Assembly: GCA_030700155.1 (NCBI GenBank)
Contig: JAUYJU010000027.1
Coordinates: forward strand, 147,066-211,065
Direction of reading: 5' to 3'
DNA length: 64,000 nucleotides
Source: Candidatus Nanoarchaeia archaeon
GTDB taxonomy: Archaea; Nanobdellota; Nanobdellia; SCGC-AAA011-G17; JAUYJU01
This document shows positions 46,594 through 55,994 of this stretch, one piece after another (within the stretch, counting starts at the first letter, position 1; the number at the start of each line of letters is the position of its first letter). The notes under the pieces were generated by a model. It did no database searches. It saw only the letters and a list, made by a program, of their open reading frames with translations, and had not been told where the DNA came from. Position numbers and translations under genes: made by a program.

Positions 46594-47212
46594 TTCCACT
46601 TTCAACTATTTTGAATATAATTTCTTTCTCTTCAGGTTTAATTACTTTTAATTTCCTAGGTTTAATATCCAAAGATATTAATTTTTTAGCAAATTTCTTA
46701 ATCATGTTTCCACCAACCATCATTTTTTCTACAGTTCCAGGTTTTGCATAAACCTGATTAGTTAAAATCACAGGAATCTTATTGTCCTTAACAATATGGG
46801 AGAATATCCTTAACTGCTCAATCATTTCATTATTAGTTTTCTTCAAATCAAGATGTAATTCTTTTCTATAGAATACACTCAAAGAATCAATTACAACCAA
46901 ACTAAATTTATTAATAACTTTAAAAATCTCTTTCAATTTAGTTACCTGTTCATCAAAATTTTTTACCCTCAACACAAATATATTCTGTAAAATTTCTTCA
47001 TGACTATTACCCACTAATTGCTTAAGTCTGTCAACAGAAAAGCCACCTTCAGTATCTATAAATAAAACTCTTTTACCCTGTTTGGCAGTTTCTATAGCTG
47101 CTAATAAAGCAAAAGTAGTCTTCCCAGAAGTTGCAGGACCATAGATGCAAGTAATTTCCTGACCAAAACCGCCTATAATATCATCAACCTCTTTGCAACC
47201 TATAGTGACCAT
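46583..47212 (-). CDS. radB: RadB (RecA/RadA paralog)
   Basis: 209 aa. Walker A GPATSGKTTFAL, then VLFIDTEGGFS. It lacks the N-terminal HhH domain of RadA. Confidence 0.7.
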   Translation of the reverse strand: MVTIGCKEVDDIIGGFGQEITCIYGPATSGKTTFALLAAIETAKQGKRVLFIDTEGGFSVDRLKQLVGNSHEEILQNIFVLRVKNFDEQVTKLKEIFKVINKFSLVVIDSLSVFYRKELHLDLKKTNNEMIEQLRIFSHIVKDNKIPVILTNQVYAKPGTVEKMMVGGNMIKKFAKKLISLDIKPRKLKVIKPEEKEIIFKIVESGIIL

Positions 47213-47302
47213 ACAACTAAATAATGCTTAAGCCTATAAATCATTTTCTATGATAGTAATAATACAAGAAAATTTATAAACTGTATACTAGAGTATACAA
47301 TT

Positions 47303-48391
47303 ATGATTTCAATCATCGGCGGGGGACCTTCTGGAAATTATACAGCTTACCTTCTAGCTAAAGCTGGAAAGCAAGTTGAAGTCTTTGAAGAACATAGAAA
47401 AACAGGAACTCCGGTTCAATGTACTGGGTTGACAACAAGTATGTTATCAGGTTTAGTTCCAATTTCTAAAGAATATTTAGTAAATAAAATAACAAGGACT
47501 AAAGTTTATTCTCCCAATGGAGATTTTGTTGAAATTCCATTAAAAGATAATTATGTTGTAAACAGAGAATACTTTGATACTCACTTAGCAAACAAAGCTA
47601 TGGACAAAGGAGCAGAATATAATTTTGGAAAAAGATTTATTTCATGCAAAGAAGGAAAACAGATTACAATGCAGTTTAATGATAATTCTGAAAAACAAAC
47701 TGATACACTAATTGGTGCTGATGGTCCTTCAAGTTTAGTTGCACGTTCAGCTAATTTATTTGGAAAAAGAGATTTTTATGTTGGAATGCAAGCTCGTGTA
47801 AAATTAGAATCAGAAAAAGATTTGATTGATTTTTATTTAGATGAAGATTGGTTTGGCTGGATTGTTCCAGAAGATGGAAAATTTGTAAGATTAGGAATTT
47901 GTGCAAGAACAGATGCAAACAAACACTTTACAAATTTTATAAATAAAGTTTCTTCAAAAAAAGACATTGTTGAATGGCAGTCAGGAATAATTCCCATTTA
48001 CAATTCAAGATTAAGAACACAAAAAGATAATATTTACTTAATTGGAGATGCTGCCACAATGGTTAAAGCAACAACTCACGGAGGAATAGTCCCTCATTTG
48101 CAAGCTGCAGAAGAATTAGCTAAAGCCATTATTGAAAACAAGAACTATGAGAAGCTTTGGAAAAAAAGTGTCGGACGTGAATTATGGTTAAGCCTGTTGA
48201 TGAGAAAGACTTTGGATAGGTTCTCAAAAAAGGATTACAACGACTTAATACAAATGGTAAAAAGAGAAAAAATCAAGCAGATTATAGGTAATATAGACCG
48301 CGATAAACCTTCTAAAATGGTTCCTAAATTACTGCTTGCAGAGCCAAGGTTCTTGAAATACAGCTTTAAAGGCCTATTAAGCCTGTTCTAA
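47303..48391 (+). CDS. Geranylgeranyl reductase-family FAD-dependent oxidoreductase
   Basis: The FAD-binding motif IIGGGPSGN, then conserved PVQCTGL, typical of archaeal GGR. Confidence 0.6.
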   Translation: MISIIGGGPSGNYTAYLLAKAGKQVEVFEEHRKTGTPVQCTGLTTSMLSGLVPISKEYLVNKITRTKVYSPNGDFVEIPLKDNYVVNREYFDTHLANKAMDKGAEYNFGKRFISCKEGKQITMQFNDNSEKQTDTLIGADGPSSLVARSANLFGKRDFYVGMQARVKLESEKDLIDFYLDEDWFGWIVPEDGKFVRLGICARTDANKHFTNFINKVSSKKDIVEWQSGIIPIYNSRLRTQKDNIYLIGDAATMVKATTHGGIVPHLQAAEELAKAIIENKNYEKLWKKSVGRELWLSLLMRKTLDRFSKKDYNDLIQMVKREKIKQIIGNIDRDKPSKMVPKLLLAEPRFLKYSFKGLLSLF

Positions 48392-48492
48392 TATACTACT
48401 CTCAAGTAACAACAAATAGAAAGCTTTAAATATAACCTCAAACTCCCTATTACTATGATTATGAGTAAAAACTCATAAAAAGGAAAAACAAA

Positions 48493-49080
48493 ATGACAAA
48501 TTCACAAAAAATAACAAGAGTAATAGACCCAATTCCAGCAGACGATGGAAGGTATAGAACACAGGATGAGTGGATAGAATTTTTTAACGAAGAAAGAAAA
48601 GCGATGATGTCTGGTCATGATGTTTATAGAGCACCAGACTCAGTACTGCAAAGTTTTAGAGAAGATTTTAGGACTAACTATGGGTTAATTACGAATACAA
48701 GCATAAGTTATAATCCAAACGATTTAAAAGCAAGAATAATTCAGGATTTTGGAAGCACAATTGTAACACCAAAGGAAACTTCTTTAGTTGTTCCTGTTTA
48801 CAGAGATGAACAAGTTGAGAAAGTAGCTAAAGGAGAAGGATTAAAATATTTACAAACTTTATTCGATACAGAAGATGATGCTTCTAAATTAATAGGAAGA
48901 TTAGAAGAAATAAGCGAGAAAGAAGCCAAAGATATTTTAATTTGGACACCAGATGAAACTGGTAGAGGAGAGCAGTCTAAAAGGGCTGTTGACTTCGGTT
49001 TCTACCACGGGAGGTTCCGTGTTGGCGGCGGATGGTGTGACTATGGTCGAGCTCGCGGGGTGTCAGTAAAGTCTGCGTAA
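48493..49080 (+). CDS. Hypothetical protein (MTN-start cluster, gene 1)
   Basis: 195-aa ORF. The start context is AAAATGACAAA. Confidence 0.3.
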   Translation: MTNSQKITRVIDPIPADDGRYRTQDEWIEFFNEERKAMMSGHDVYRAPDSVLQSFREDFRTNYGLITNTSISYNPNDLKARIIQDFGSTIVTPKETSLVVPVYRDEQVEKVAKGEGLKYLQTLFDTEDDASKLIGRLEEISEKEAKDILIWTPDETGRGEQSKRAVDFGFYHGRFRVGGGWCDYGRARGVSVKSA

Positions 49081-49096
49081 AGACTAGGAAATCAAA

Positions 49097-49540
49097 ATGA
49101 CAAACACCTATAATGTATTCAAAGTAAAAATGAAAAGTCCCGAGCTTGATTTTTGCGATGGCGATACAGATTTAATAGCTTTTGGAGCTAATGGAAGAAT
49201 TGTAACAAGACAACCAGAAGAATGTATACAAACATTTGCACGTGATATTTTGGAGCATAGAAGAGAAACATTAATTGAGAAATTAAGAGAAGATGCAGAC
49301 AAAAGTCCCATAACAAAACAATCACCTATAGATTTAAAATTTGCATGGGATTTACCTTATTACTCATCTCAGCGTCTTGTTGAGACACCAGATGAGGGCA
49401 TATGCACAGTGTTTGAATTTTCAAGGAGATTGAATGAAAATGAAAGAAATGTATTTTTACAATATTTACACTCAATATATGACCTTCTACGTGAAAGTCC
49501 AGAATACGAGTTTTGGAAAGATATAAAATCCAATCCATAA
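49097..49540 (+). CDS. Hypothetical protein (MTN-start cluster, gene 2)
   Basis: 147-aa ORF. The start context is AAAATGACAAA. Confidence 0.3.
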   Translation: MTNTYNVFKVKMKSPELDFCDGDTDLIAFGANGRIVTRQPEECIQTFARDILEHRRETLIEKLREDADKSPITKQSPIDLKFAWDLPYYSSQRLVETPDEGICTVFEFSRRLNENERNVFLQYLHSIYDLLRESPEYEFWKDIKSNP

Positions 49541-49558
49541 AAAGAAGGAAACAATAAA

Positions 49559-49672
49559 ATGACAAACTGTTTAAAATGCACATACGAATGGGAATCCAGG
49601 GTTTCAAATCCCAAAGAATGTCCTAGATGTAAGAGCAGATTAGACAGAACAGAAATACTAGAGGTAACACAA
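49559..49672 (+). CDS. Small zinc-ribbon protein (37 aa)
   Basis: My translation is MTNCLKCTYEWESRVSNPKECPRCKSRLDRTEILEVTQ, with C-x2-C...C-x2-C. This ORF is not in the track because it is short. Confidence 0.3.
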
Positions 49673-49917
49673 TGAGTATAGAAAACAAAGTAACAGCAGA
49701 AACACAAGTAATGAGTAATGCAGAAATTTTACTAGCTTGTGGCATGAAACCTTCAGACTCACAATTACTAAAGGCAATTAATACACAATATATTCTTGCT
49801 CAGACAGAAGAAGTTGGCAATCCAGGAAAAGGATCTTTAGATAGGACTCAAGAGCTAAGAAATTACAGCTGTCTAATATTACCAGAAAAAAATTACAAAA
49901 GGAGTGAACAAAAATGA
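49672..49917 (+). CDS. Hypothetical protein
   Basis: 81-aa ORF overlapping its neighbours by 1 and 4 bp. Confidence 0.25.
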   Translation: MSIENKVTAETQVMSNAEILLACGMKPSDSQLLKAINTQYILAQTEEVGNPGKGSLDRTQELRNYSCLILPEKNYKRSEQK

Positions 49918-50681
49918 CAAGCATAGCAACAACAAACTCAAATGAAAGTGATTTCATAGAAAAGAATTTACCTTATTTAGGAAAATCTTTGCCAGCCTTA
50001 GCAGCTACACTTCCATTAGATATGATTGGAGCATTAGGTAATATGGGATATATTCCTGACGACCCGACATCTTCATTAATGGCAGTAGCTGGTACTATGG
50101 GTGGTTATTTTGGAAGAGTAAGAGGTGCAGCAATCTCAGCATTAATACTTTACCCAATTGGAAAGGTTACAGAAGGCGTAATAAAATATAATCAAGGATT
50201 AGAATTAGAAAAAAATCTAAATCCAGATTATTTAAAAACAGCAGCTGTCGGTGGACTAGCAGCTTTAGTTGGTTACGCAGTTAATAAATGGGAAGAAACA
50301 ACTGGAAAAAATGCATTCAAAACTTTAGGAAATTACCTATTAGAACAAGGTAAAAAAGGTTGGAAAAAGTTTTCAACTAGAAAACCAACACCTTACGAAG
50401 TTAAAGAAGCAGAACAAAAAGCTGAACAGGATGAAATTAAATTCTTCAAGGAAGACCTTAAGAACAGACATAAAGAAGCTAAGCTAAGAGCTTGGAAAGC
50501 TAAAAAAGAAGCTAGAGTCTTAAAACGTGAAGGAGCAGTTTTAACTAGAGAAAAAGAACTTGCTGAAAAAAGAAAAGCTTTAGGTTTATATGAAAAAGCA
50601 GATAATGTAGTTGGATATGCACCTCAAGGTCCTCAAGAACCTGAAGTAAACCTAGCTCAACTGCTAGATTTAGACCAATAA
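49914..50681 (+). CDS. Membrane protein with a C-terminal Lys/Glu-rich coiled coil
   Basis: Two or three TM helices, then a charged helical tail. Confidence 0.3.
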   Translation: MTSIATTNSNESDFIEKNLPYLGKSLPALAATLPLDMIGALGNMGYIPDDPTSSLMAVAGTMGGYFGRVRGAAISALILYPIGKVTEGVIKYNQGLELEKNLNPDYLKTAAVGGLAALVGYAVNKWEETTGKNAFKTLGNYLLEQGKKGWKKFSTRKPTPYEVKEAEQKAEQDEIKFFKEDLKNRHKEAKLRAWKAKKEARVLKREGAVLTREKELAEKRKALGLYEKADNVVGYAPQGPQEPEVNLAQLLDLDQ

Positions 50682-50753
50682 TTATTACTATCTTATTCTT
50701 TATTTTAGGGAATAGAAAGCTTTATTAATTGTCTATGGCTTAATCCCAATAAA

Positions 50754-51317
50754 ATGGCAACTATTGCATCCAAGAAACTTAAGAAGAGATGGGTTAGTAT
50801 ATACTCCCAAAGACAATTCTTCAAAGGACAAGAAATTGGAGAGACTTTCACTAGTGATCCAACAGCTACAGTAGGAAAAGTTCTTAATATTAATTTAATG
50901 AATTTAACTGGAGATCCAAAAAAACAAAGTTTCAATGCAAGATTTAAAGTTACAGGTTCAGAAGAAGGAAAAGCAGTAGCTGATTTTATTGGATACCAGA
51001 TGGGAACTTCTCAAATTAAAAGATTAGTCAGGAAAGCAACAAATAAAATAGAAGACTCATTTGACGTAGAAACAAAAGATAAGGTAAAATTAAAAATCAA
51101 ACCATTGTTATTGACAAGAAATTTGGCACATAATAGCGTTTTGACATCACTAAGAAAACAAACAAGAGAATTTGTAGCAAACAGGTTCAAGGAAACAGAT
51201 TACAGTTCAATAGTTTCAGAGATAATTTCTGGTAAGTTGCAAAAAGATATCAAACTTACACTAAAAAAGACATACCCTATTAATATTGTAGAGATTAAGA
51301 CACTAAAAAAACTTTGA
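50754..51317 (+). CDS. rps3ae: Ribosomal protein S3Ae (eS1)
   Basis: KKLKKRWVSIYSQ...ETFTSDPTATVGKVLNINLMNLTGD matches the conserved S3Ae N-terminal region. Confidence 0.65.
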   Translation: MATIASKKLKKRWVSIYSQRQFFKGQEIGETFTSDPTATVGKVLNINLMNLTGDPKKQSFNARFKVTGSEEGKAVADFIGYQMGTSQIKRLVRKATNKIEDSFDVETKDKVKLKIKPLLLTRNLAHNSVLTSLRKQTREFVANRFKETDYSSIVSEIISGKLQKDIKLTLKKTYPINIVEIKTLKKL

Positions 51318-51323
51318 AAAAAG

Positions 51324-52382
51324 ATGGGGTTTTTAGATTTATTTAAAAGAGTACTCCCTCTCTCAGATAACGACCAATATTGTTTGCAATTATTGGAAGG
51401 AGAGGAAGAATACGAAGAGGTAAAACGCGTTATCAAAGAAGGCAAAGCTAAATTCTTATTGCAAAAATTCAATATCTCAATGTATCAAGATGGAGATTAT
51501 TTTCAGCTAGTTTCAGAATTTCCAGAACTTAATGAGTTATTGATGCAAGTAAATGCAAAACTTAAATTAATAGGTCAAAAAGATATTTATTCAAGATTTT
51601 CTAAAGATGCATTAAACTTAGTAAAGAAAATAATTTCTTCCAATATTGCAGGAATGAATTCAGCAAAAGATGTATTATCTTTGCAATTATTTAGCAAAGA
51701 ATATTTACATGTCTTATTATTCGGAGACAATCCCGCAATGAAAGCTTTAGCAAATAATGCTGCATATTTATCACCAAATGCAGTTGCAGTAAAAGCTGCA
51801 AGCGCAATGGCAAATAATTCTTTATCTCACGCAAATAACGGACTTGCAGTTATTCATGATTTAATGATGATGCATAGATTAGACCGGGCAGATTTTTACA
51901 CAGCACTTAATACAGGTTTTATAATGAAAGAAGGATTAAGAATGGAAACAAATGCAAAAATTTTAGCTACAATTACACCATCAGGTGGTTTAGAGCCCAC
52001 TGTGGAAAGAGTAAGATCTCAATTACCAGAAGATAAAATGATTAGTAAATTTCATTTAACCTTACTGGGAAGAAAAAGCATTGACAATCCACAAAAAATT
52101 GCAATCAAAAAGGAAGACCGTGAATTTATACAAGATTATATTAAACTAGCAAATACAATCAATGTCTCAATATCTAAGGAGTTTGAAGCAGATATTAAAC
52201 AATTCACTGAAAATTTAAAGAAAAAAGAGTATTATTTTTTTACAGATATTAGAGAAAACCTAACTGAGGCCATAGTTAATATGTCAAAATCTATGGCAAG
52301 ATCAAGGTTAACAGTTAATGTAGAGCCACAAGATGTACATAGGGCAAAAGAGATAGTTCTTGAATCCTTGAAAGGCAATTAA
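51324..52382 (+). CDS. MCM-like AAA+ core protein with degenerate Walker A and B (probably catalytically inactive)
   Basis: LHVLLFGDNPAMKALANNAAYLSPNAVAVKAASAMANNSLS aligns with MCM ILLVGDPGTAKSQ...APRAVYTTGKGSSAAGLT. ILATITPSGG aligns with the sensor-1 region VIAAANP. The Walker A K-S/T and Walker B DE are missing. Confidence 0.4.
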   Translation: MGFLDLFKRVLPLSDNDQYCLQLLEGEEEYEEVKRVIKEGKAKFLLQKFNISMYQDGDYFQLVSEFPELNELLMQVNAKLKLIGQKDIYSRFSKDALNLVKKIISSNIAGMNSAKDVLSLQLFSKEYLHVLLFGDNPAMKALANNAAYLSPNAVAVKAASAMANNSLSHANNGLAVIHDLMMMHRLDRADFYTALNTGFIMKEGLRMETNAKILATITPSGGLEPTVERVRSQLPEDKMISKFHLTLLGRKSIDNPQKIAIKKEDREFIQDYIKLANTINVSISKEFEADIKQFTENLKKKEYYFFTDIRENLTEAIVNMSKSMARSRLTVNVEPQDVHRAKEIVLESLKGN

Positions 52383-52421
52383 CGAAAGCTTTTTAAGTTC
52401 TTTAGATTGATTTTTATTCAC

Positions 52422-52498
52422 GCCTCCGTGGCTCAGTTCGGTAGAGCAGCGCACTTGTAATGCGCAGGCCGTGGGTTCAAATCCCTCCGGAGGCTCCA
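52422..52498 (+). tRNA. tRNA-Thr (anticodon TGT), CCA encoded
   Basis: GCCTCCG-TG-GCTC-AGTTCGGTA-GAGC-A-GCGCA-CTTGTAA-TGCGC-AGGCC-GTGGG-TTCAAAT-CCCTC-CGGAGGC-T-CCA. There is one U-U mismatch in the T-stem. Confidence 0.8.
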
Positions 52499-52548
52499 TT
52501 TTATTTTTAGTAACTTTTTTATATGCCCAAGATTATATTCAATTTTAC

Positions 52549-52620
52549 GGACTGGTAGTCTATCGGCATGACGCTTCTTTGACGTGGAAGAGGTAGCAGG
52601 TTCAATTCCTGCCCAGTCCA
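52549..52620 (+). tRNA. tRNA-Val (anticodon GAC)
   Basis: GGACTGG-TA-GTC(T)-ATCGGCA-(T)GAC-G-CTTCT-TTGACGT-GGAAG-AGGTA-GCAGG-TTCAATT-CCTGC-CCAGTCC-A. Confidence 0.75.
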
Positions 52621-52659
52621 TAGAAATCTTTAAAAACTCATTTTTTCAAAAGATTAAGC

Positions 52660-53580
52660 ATGACAGATACATTCACACTGGATGAAGTTTTGAACGGTGA
52701 AAATTTCATAATCACAGATGGAGTTAATGTTCAAGGAAGATGGTATGAAAGGGCAGTTTATCCTGCAGGTTCTTTTGCTAAATTAAACCAGGAAGTTCTG
52801 ACTATGTTAGTAGAACAAGAATTACCCGCAGCTTTAAATTGGGTTTCTAGCCCAAAGATTCATTTTGTCCAAAGGGGTGTTGATGAGTTACAAAGATTTG
52901 CAGGTATTATTAGTCATAAATTGAGTTCATTAAATGATTACGAAAAAGGTTCAAACAAATCAAGAACAAAATCAAAAAGAATAAAGATTAATGGTCCCGA
53001 AAGAGTAAACGGAAAAATTCTAATGGAAAATCTAAATTTAATGTATAATAATCTACTAAAGGTAGCCAAAAGGTCTATTTATGTTCCTGAAAATGAAGAA
53101 TTATTCAGAACGATTAGCAATTTAGTGGATGTTGTAGCAGACAATTCAAATGCGATTAAAGATTATAGTATGCGTCATCGTTATCAGGATGTCAGTTCAA
53201 GAAAAGCAGAAAATCTACATGCAGATGAACAAATTGTTGCAACAGCTATCTATAGGTCTGTTATTGGAGAACCTACAGCAATAGTAAGCGGGGATTCAGA
53301 CATAGGAAGGTTATTGTACCACACAGTGCGGCTTGTTACAAATTTAGAAATGCCAAATAATGCGCAATTTTATGACTTGTTCAATCAAAATCCAGTCTTT
53401 ACTTATTTCATAATTCATTCAGGAATGCTAGAACCTCATTTCAACACAGATAGTTTGAAGAAATTCAAGAGATTTGCAATAGAAGACATTAACGAACCAA
53501 GACTTGTAAGGACAAAACAAAGGTTAGAAGAGCTTTCTCGAGAAATATTAAGTCTAGCCACAGTAACAGCTACGCAGTAA
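52660..53580 (+). CDS. Hypothetical protein with a possible PIN/NYN-like nuclease core
   Basis: AENLHADEQIVATAIY...AIVSGDSDIGRLL resembles the D...SGDSD acidic motifs of PIN/NYN domains. Confidence 0.3.
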   Translation: MTDTFTLDEVLNGENFIITDGVNVQGRWYERAVYPAGSFAKLNQEVLTMLVEQELPAALNWVSSPKIHFVQRGVDELQRFAGIISHKLSSLNDYEKGSNKSRTKSKRIKINGPERVNGKILMENLNLMYNNLLKVAKRSIYVPENEELFRTISNLVDVVADNSNAIKDYSMRHRYQDVSSRKAENLHADEQIVATAIYRSVIGEPTAIVSGDSDIGRLLYHTVRLVTNLEMPNNAQFYDLFNQNPVFTYFIIHSGMLEPHFNTDSLKKFKRFAIEDINEPRLVRTKQRLEELSREILSLATVTATQ

Positions 53581-53613
53581 AATTTATATAGCCAGAGCCT
53601 CTTTTCTTTATAA

Positions 53614-54792
53614 ATGAAAAGAGGTAAAAGAGGAGAAGGTTCTCCAGTAGCGAATTTTATTTTGATGTTTGCCTTATTTGTAGTAGTCTACATTATTCTT
53701 TTACCGCCAGCTTCTAAAGAATCAGTCTTAACTCCAGGACCAGGATACCCAACAACAGGACCAGATTCTGCAGAAGGAAGAGTTTTACTTTCAGAATCCC
53801 CAGGATTAGTAAGACCATATCTTAAGGAAGTTCTTTCACAAAAATTAGCGCCTTTAAATCTATTTTCATATACAGAAACAGAACCAAGAATTTTAGTAAG
53901 AAGTTTGACAACTTACACTAGTTTTTTCTCAACTAAAAAAGAAGAATTGAAATTTGATTTGCCAGAACTTTATCAACTAACTCAATTAAGCACTTTATTT
54001 TTAGTCCAAGAAGGTAAAGGTAGATTAATTTTAAAGATAAACGGACAAGAATTTTACAATGATATTGTTTCAACTGCAGATTTACCTATAGAAATTCCAT
54101 TAAACTACCTTAAGACTAAAGACAATGTCTTAGAACTTTCAGTAAGTTCTCCAGGAGCAAATATTTTTGGAACAAATACTTATTACTTAAAAGACATTCA
54201 ATTAATTAAAAGATTTTCAGTTCAAAATGCAAGAGAAGCAAGAAACTTTATAGTTACAGAAGGAGAATATAAAAGTTTAGCTAGGTCAATACTTTCTTAC
54301 TTTGTAAATTGTTTAAGAGTCCGTGAATTAGGAAGTTTGAATATTTACTTGAATGGAAAAGAAGTTTCAAGTAGATTCTTGGTTTGCGATGCAGGTCATG
54401 TTGAATTAGAATTAAATCCTGATGATATGGTTGTTGGAGAAAATAAATTGGAATTTGAAGTTGATTCAGGACAATATGTATTGGAACAACTTGTTTTAGA
54501 TCATGAATTAGAATCAGAAGATTATCCTAAGTACTTCTTCTCATTACAAACATGGGAATATTTAGATGTTCAGGACGTATACACTAATGTAGATTTAGAA
54601 CTTGAATTTGATGACTTTGGTTATAGAAAAGCAGCTACAATGATAGTTAACGGAGAAAGAATTTATTTAGATACACAAGACAGAAGGGCCTTAATTGATA
54701 TCTCTGATTTTGTAATAGAAGGAGAAAACTTCGTTAAGATAATCCCAAATGAACATTTTGATATAGTTAATCTGCAAGTGGTTCTGAGGTAG
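53614..54792 (+). CDS. Membrane-anchored secreted protein with three internal ~100-aa repeats
   Basis: N-terminal TM helix. Repeated x-L-x-I-N-G-x-E modules (LILKINGQEFY, LNIYLNGKEVS, ATMIVNGERIY). Confidence 0.35.
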   Translation: MKRGKRGEGSPVANFILMFALFVVVYIILLPPASKESVLTPGPGYPTTGPDSAEGRVLLSESPGLVRPYLKEVLSQKLAPLNLFSYTETEPRILVRSLTTYTSFFSTKKEELKFDLPELYQLTQLSTLFLVQEGKGRLILKINGQEFYNDIVSTADLPIEIPLNYLKTKDNVLELSVSSPGANIFGTNTYYLKDIQLIKRFSVQNAREARNFIVTEGEYKSLARSILSYFVNCLRVRELGSLNIYLNGKEVSSRFLVCDAGHVELELNPDDMVVGENKLEFEVDSGQYVLEQLVLDHELESEDYPKYFFSLQTWEYLDVQDVYTNVDLELEFDDFGYRKAATMIVNGERIYLDTQDRRALIDISDFVIEGENFVKIIPNEHFDIVNLQVVLR

Positions 54793-54797
54793 TCATC

Positions 54798-55994
54798 ATG
54801 GCTACTGATAATAGTTATAAAGAAAAGAAAAAGATTCCTTGGTTAAAAGTAATTATCTTCATGTCTTTTTTAATAATCTTATTTTGGTTCATCATATTTT
54901 TCTGGAATAGATTAGGCACTATAGGCACTCAAGCAGAAATAGGTGTCGGAGAAGTTACAAAAACAGGAATTTTTGAACCAATAGTTGCTCCATTTAGAAA
55001 TTTAAATGCCTGGATTAGAGGAACCTATGGTTTTACAAAACCACAAGTTGCAGAAAAACAACCTTCTGGAATAAAAATTAAAAATTTTAAATCAGGCAGA
55101 ACTTATTTTGAAGCAGGACAACCAGTAACTTTAAGGGCAGATGTTCAAATTGATGCTTTGCCCAAAGACGACGCTTCAATTAGGTTTACTTGCCATTCTC
55201 CAGGTACAGCTTTCCAAGAAGATATTTTTGGAAAAATCAAGATGTCAAGAGCAGAAGGGGACACAATATACTTAGAAAAAGGAAAACCAACAACAACTTC
55301 AATTATCTGTGAATTTGAAGAAGGTATGCCGACAGTTGGAGGAAAACCAACAACAAGAAAAGTAACCTTATCCGGAGAATATATTAATTTTGCAACAAAA
55401 TCAGCTTTAAAGATTTACACCCTTGAAGACGAAGCTTTAATTGAATTCGGAACAAAAGATCCGTTTGAAGCTTCAGGTGTAGACGATCCGCTGCTCTCTT
55501 CAGATAGGACAATTAAACCAGAATGTAAAAGCGGTTGCGGTTTAACTAAATTATCTTTGATTACAAGTTCACAACCTTTGACAAGGTTAGGAACCTATAA
55601 TTTAGGTATATATCTGCAGAAAGATCAGGATTGGTATGGGTCAGTTAGCAGCATACAAGGAATAAAGTTAGTTGAATATCCAGATACATTAACTATTAAC
55701 AAATGTGACCCAGAAGTTACTTGGGAAGGCCAAATTGGCAATGGAGCTTTACTAAACCAAAGATTGCTTGCAAAAGAAGATATAATCTTGAATTGCGAAT
55801 TCCAAGTGACTAATCCAGACCAAAAACTTGGAGATAACGTTGGACAATTTGGAGTAGAAGCAGTTTATTATTATGAAGTTGAATCTTCAACAACAGTAGA
55901 AATAAAACCAGCTACAAATATTTCAAACAGCAGTTTAAATCCAGCAACAGGAAGTTTCATAATCGAAGGAGAATTAGCTAAAACTTTACAATGA
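54798..55994 (+). CDS. Membrane-anchored secreted beta-rich protein
   Basis: N-terminal TM helix. Translationally coupled to its neighbours. Confidence 0.35.
   Translation: MATDNSYKEKKKIPWLKVIIFMSFLIILFWFIIFFWNRLGTIGTQAEIGVGEVTKTGIFEPIVAPFRNLNAWIRGTYGFTKPQVAEKQPSGIKIKNFKSGRTYFEAGQPVTLRADVQIDALPKDDASIRFTCHSPGTAFQEDIFGKIKMSRAEGDTIYLEKGKPTTTSIICEFEEGMPTVGGKPTTRKVTLSGEYINFATKSALKIYTLEDEALIEFGTKDPFEASGVDDPLLSSDRTIKPECKSGCGLTKLSLITSSQPLTRLGTYNLGIYLQKDQDWYGSVSSIQGIKLVEYPDTLTINKCDPEVTWEGQIGNGALLNQRLLAKEDIILNCEFQVTNPDQKLGDNVGQFGVEAVYYYEVESSTTVEIKPATNISNSSLNPATGSFIIEGELAKTLQ

Noticed and set aside
52308-52621. Track ORFs 52308..52499 (-) and 52433..52621 (-), including the peptide MEPPEGFEPTACALQVRCSTELSHGG
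   Set aside because: They lie antisense across the tRNA-Thr and tRNA-Val genes. These are typical spurious ORFs generated by GC-rich tRNA sequence.
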